Part shown: in pieces, positions 62,222-64,000 of the stretch | How positions within the stretch are numbered: the first letter of the stretch is position 1 | Layout of the letters: each line of letters opens with the position of its first letter | DNA from: Lama glama | Taxonomy: Eukaryota | NCBI GenBank assembly: GCA_028534125.1 | Contig: CM052816.1 | Coordinates: 64,978,001 to 65,042,000, forward strand | Reading direction: 5' to 3' | DNA: 64,000 nucleotides | Made by a program: the position numbers and the translations under genes | The notes under the pieces: generated by a model | The model's database searches: none | What the model saw: the letters and a program-made list of their open reading frames with translations, nothing else | Told to the model about the DNA's origin: nothing

Positions 62222-63570
62222 TATTCATTTTTTTTCATTCATTCAAAAGATATTATGTTGGGTGTTTATAATGTGCTGGGTGCTAGACTAGGTCCCGGGG
62301 TTAGAGTGTAGAGGAAATAGGGGCAGTTCTTTCTCTCACAGAACTTACTTACCTTCTAGGGGATGTTCACAGAAATAAATGGAAAATTAGAAGTGCCACA
62401 AAAGTCAGGGACGGGATACTAGCAGAAAGGATGGCAGGCTAGTTTGGGAACACATCAGGGGTGTGTTCCCTCAGTGGGGAGACCTGAAGGGTGAGTAAGC
62501 ATTAACCAAACAAATGATGGGCTGGTGGGGCACAGCCCCGCAGCAGGCAGGTCCGGTCATTGAATTCTAGGGACTGAAAGGAAGGCCAGGTGACCTCAGG
62601 GGAGAGGTGGAGGGAGAGAACCCATGGAGGATGGTTCTAGATGAGGCCTGAGGGACAGTCAGAAGCAGACTGAGCCAGACCTTCGGGTCCCAGTAAGTAT
62701 CTTTAATCCTAACGGCAAAGGAAAGTCACTAAATATATGGGAGTGACAACACCAGATTTGTGATTCAAACAGCTCTTTTCAGCTCAGTGCAGACAGGTTG
62801 GTGGGCAGCCAAGGTGGACCTGGGGAAGAGAAATAGAAAATTGTACAGGTTACAAGGCTGGATAGGATAGAGCTTGGGCTAAAGCAGTGACGTGAAAATG
62901 GAGAGCAGAGGATGGGCTTCAGAAGTAATTAGGAGATAAAAATGGGTGAAAACCAGTGATAGACTGATACGGGGTCAGATGAAGAAAAGTAAGTTTCTAC
63001 AACTGGATAGTTGGTGGCACCACTCAGTGAGGTAGAGATACTGGAAGAAGATGGGATTTGGGAGGCAAATTTCAAGTTCAGTTTTGAATGTGTTGGGTTT
63101 GGACTGACTTTGAGAGAGACAACAGAAACAAGAAGTTGACATTTAAATCTATATTTCTGGAGCCTAGAGAGGCCTGGACTAGAGATACACCTTTGTGTAT
63201 CATGAATATGGAGGTGGTAGATGACATCATGACCATGGATGCCATTGCCCAGAGAGATACTAAGGAGTGATATGAAAGCAGAGTCTAGAACCAAGCTTTG
63301 AAGAACTGCATTTTATGGCTGTTTGAAGGAAGATCAACTTACAAAGGACGTAGAAGAATATCATAGAAGATAGGAGGGAAACCACTAGATTCATACAAAC
63401 AAAGGGAAACTGTGCTTTGATGAAGGTGGAGTGACCAGCAATGTCAAGTAATGTGAGTTTAAAAAAAGTTCTTTGGAGTTATTGACATGGAATTCATTGG
63501 TGATCTTAGCAAGAGCTACTTTTGTGGAAGGATGAGGAAAAAGATGGATTAGAGAAGGGTGAAGATTGGT
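62222..63570 (-). mobile_element. Long L2 fragment (probably continues past the SINE to ~63950)
   Basis: ttcattcattcaaaaga...gagacctgaagggtgagtaagc...gttcagttttgaatgtgttgggtttg...gaattcattggtgatcttagcaagagc. Confidence 0.8.
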
Positions 63571-63577
63571 GGGGGGT

Positions 63578-63710
63578 GGGTAGGGTATAGCTCAGTGGTA
63601 GAGTGTGTGCCTAGCATGCATGAGGTCCTGAGTTCAATCCCCAATACTGCGATTAAAAATAAATCAATAAGTAAACCTAACTACATCCCCCCACAAACAA
63701 ACAAAAAAAA
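63578..63710 (+). mobile_element. tRNA-derived SINE (camelid Vic-1 type)
   Basis: gggtatagctcagtggtagagtgtgtgcctagcatgcatgaggtcctgagttcaatccccaatac; A box 63588-63598, B box 63632-63640; A-rich tail; no CCA/acceptor stem. Confidence 0.85.
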
Positions 63711-64000
63711 GAGTGAGTGAGGGCTATGAAACTGTCTACATTCAAAGTAGACAAGTCTTATAAGAAGAAAATAATAAACAGAACATAGAGGATTGGGGGA
63801 AGGTTTTTTATAAGATGGGAAAGACTTGAATATGTTTAAAAATCATCAGTAAATATTTAATCGATGGGGATTTGGCAGCTATTCAGGAGAGGAAAATGAT
63901 AAGGGATAGTGCTGACTCATGAAAAGGGAACTGGGCTGGAAAGGATTCACAGAAATGCCCATGTTTGCATGCTTGGTATGAAGAGGCGGAGAGGGTTCCT

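Noticed and set aside
63578..63650. tRNA gene
   Set aside because: A/B boxes are present but there is no proper cloverleaf, and an A-rich tail and second dispersed copy indicate a SINE
1..64000. Prokaryotic/viral systems (CRISPR, operons, defence loci), ERV coding regions, processed pseudogenes, rRNA, NUMTs
   Set aside because: No repeat-spacer arrays, gene-dense ORFs or recognisable homologous peptides; the sequence is CpG-depleted mammalian non-coding DNA

Overview
This is mammalian nuclear genomic DNA, most likely from a camelid (camel/llama/alpaca). The assignment is inferred from two tRNA-derived SINEs of the camelid Vic-1 type and matching young L1 3' ends. The window looks entirely non-coding, probably a large intron: no ORF in the track resembles a cellular protein, and the only recognisable peptide is a LINE-1 ORF2p fragment next to a gap. 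It is a mosaic of ancient eutherian repeats (MIR, L2, L1M, MLT1/LTR16 solo LTRs, MER3/MER53/MER102/Charlie4a/Tigger13a), a few young L1-mediated insertions with target-site duplications (TSDs), microsatellites, and three 500-N scaffold gaps. Repeat subfamily names come from recalled consensus sequences and boundaries are approximate unless a TSD is quoted. I could not identify a host gene and found no convincing novel biological system. The best leads are: (i) the contig between gaps 2 and 3 appears to have reversed strand skew, possibly mis-oriented; (ii) a poly(A)-only retro-insertion with a perfect 15-bp TSD; (iii) a twin-primed L1 with a 14-nt non-inverted arm; (iv) a perfect 17-bp hairpin in unique DNA; (v) several candidate exons and enhancer-like motif clusters.
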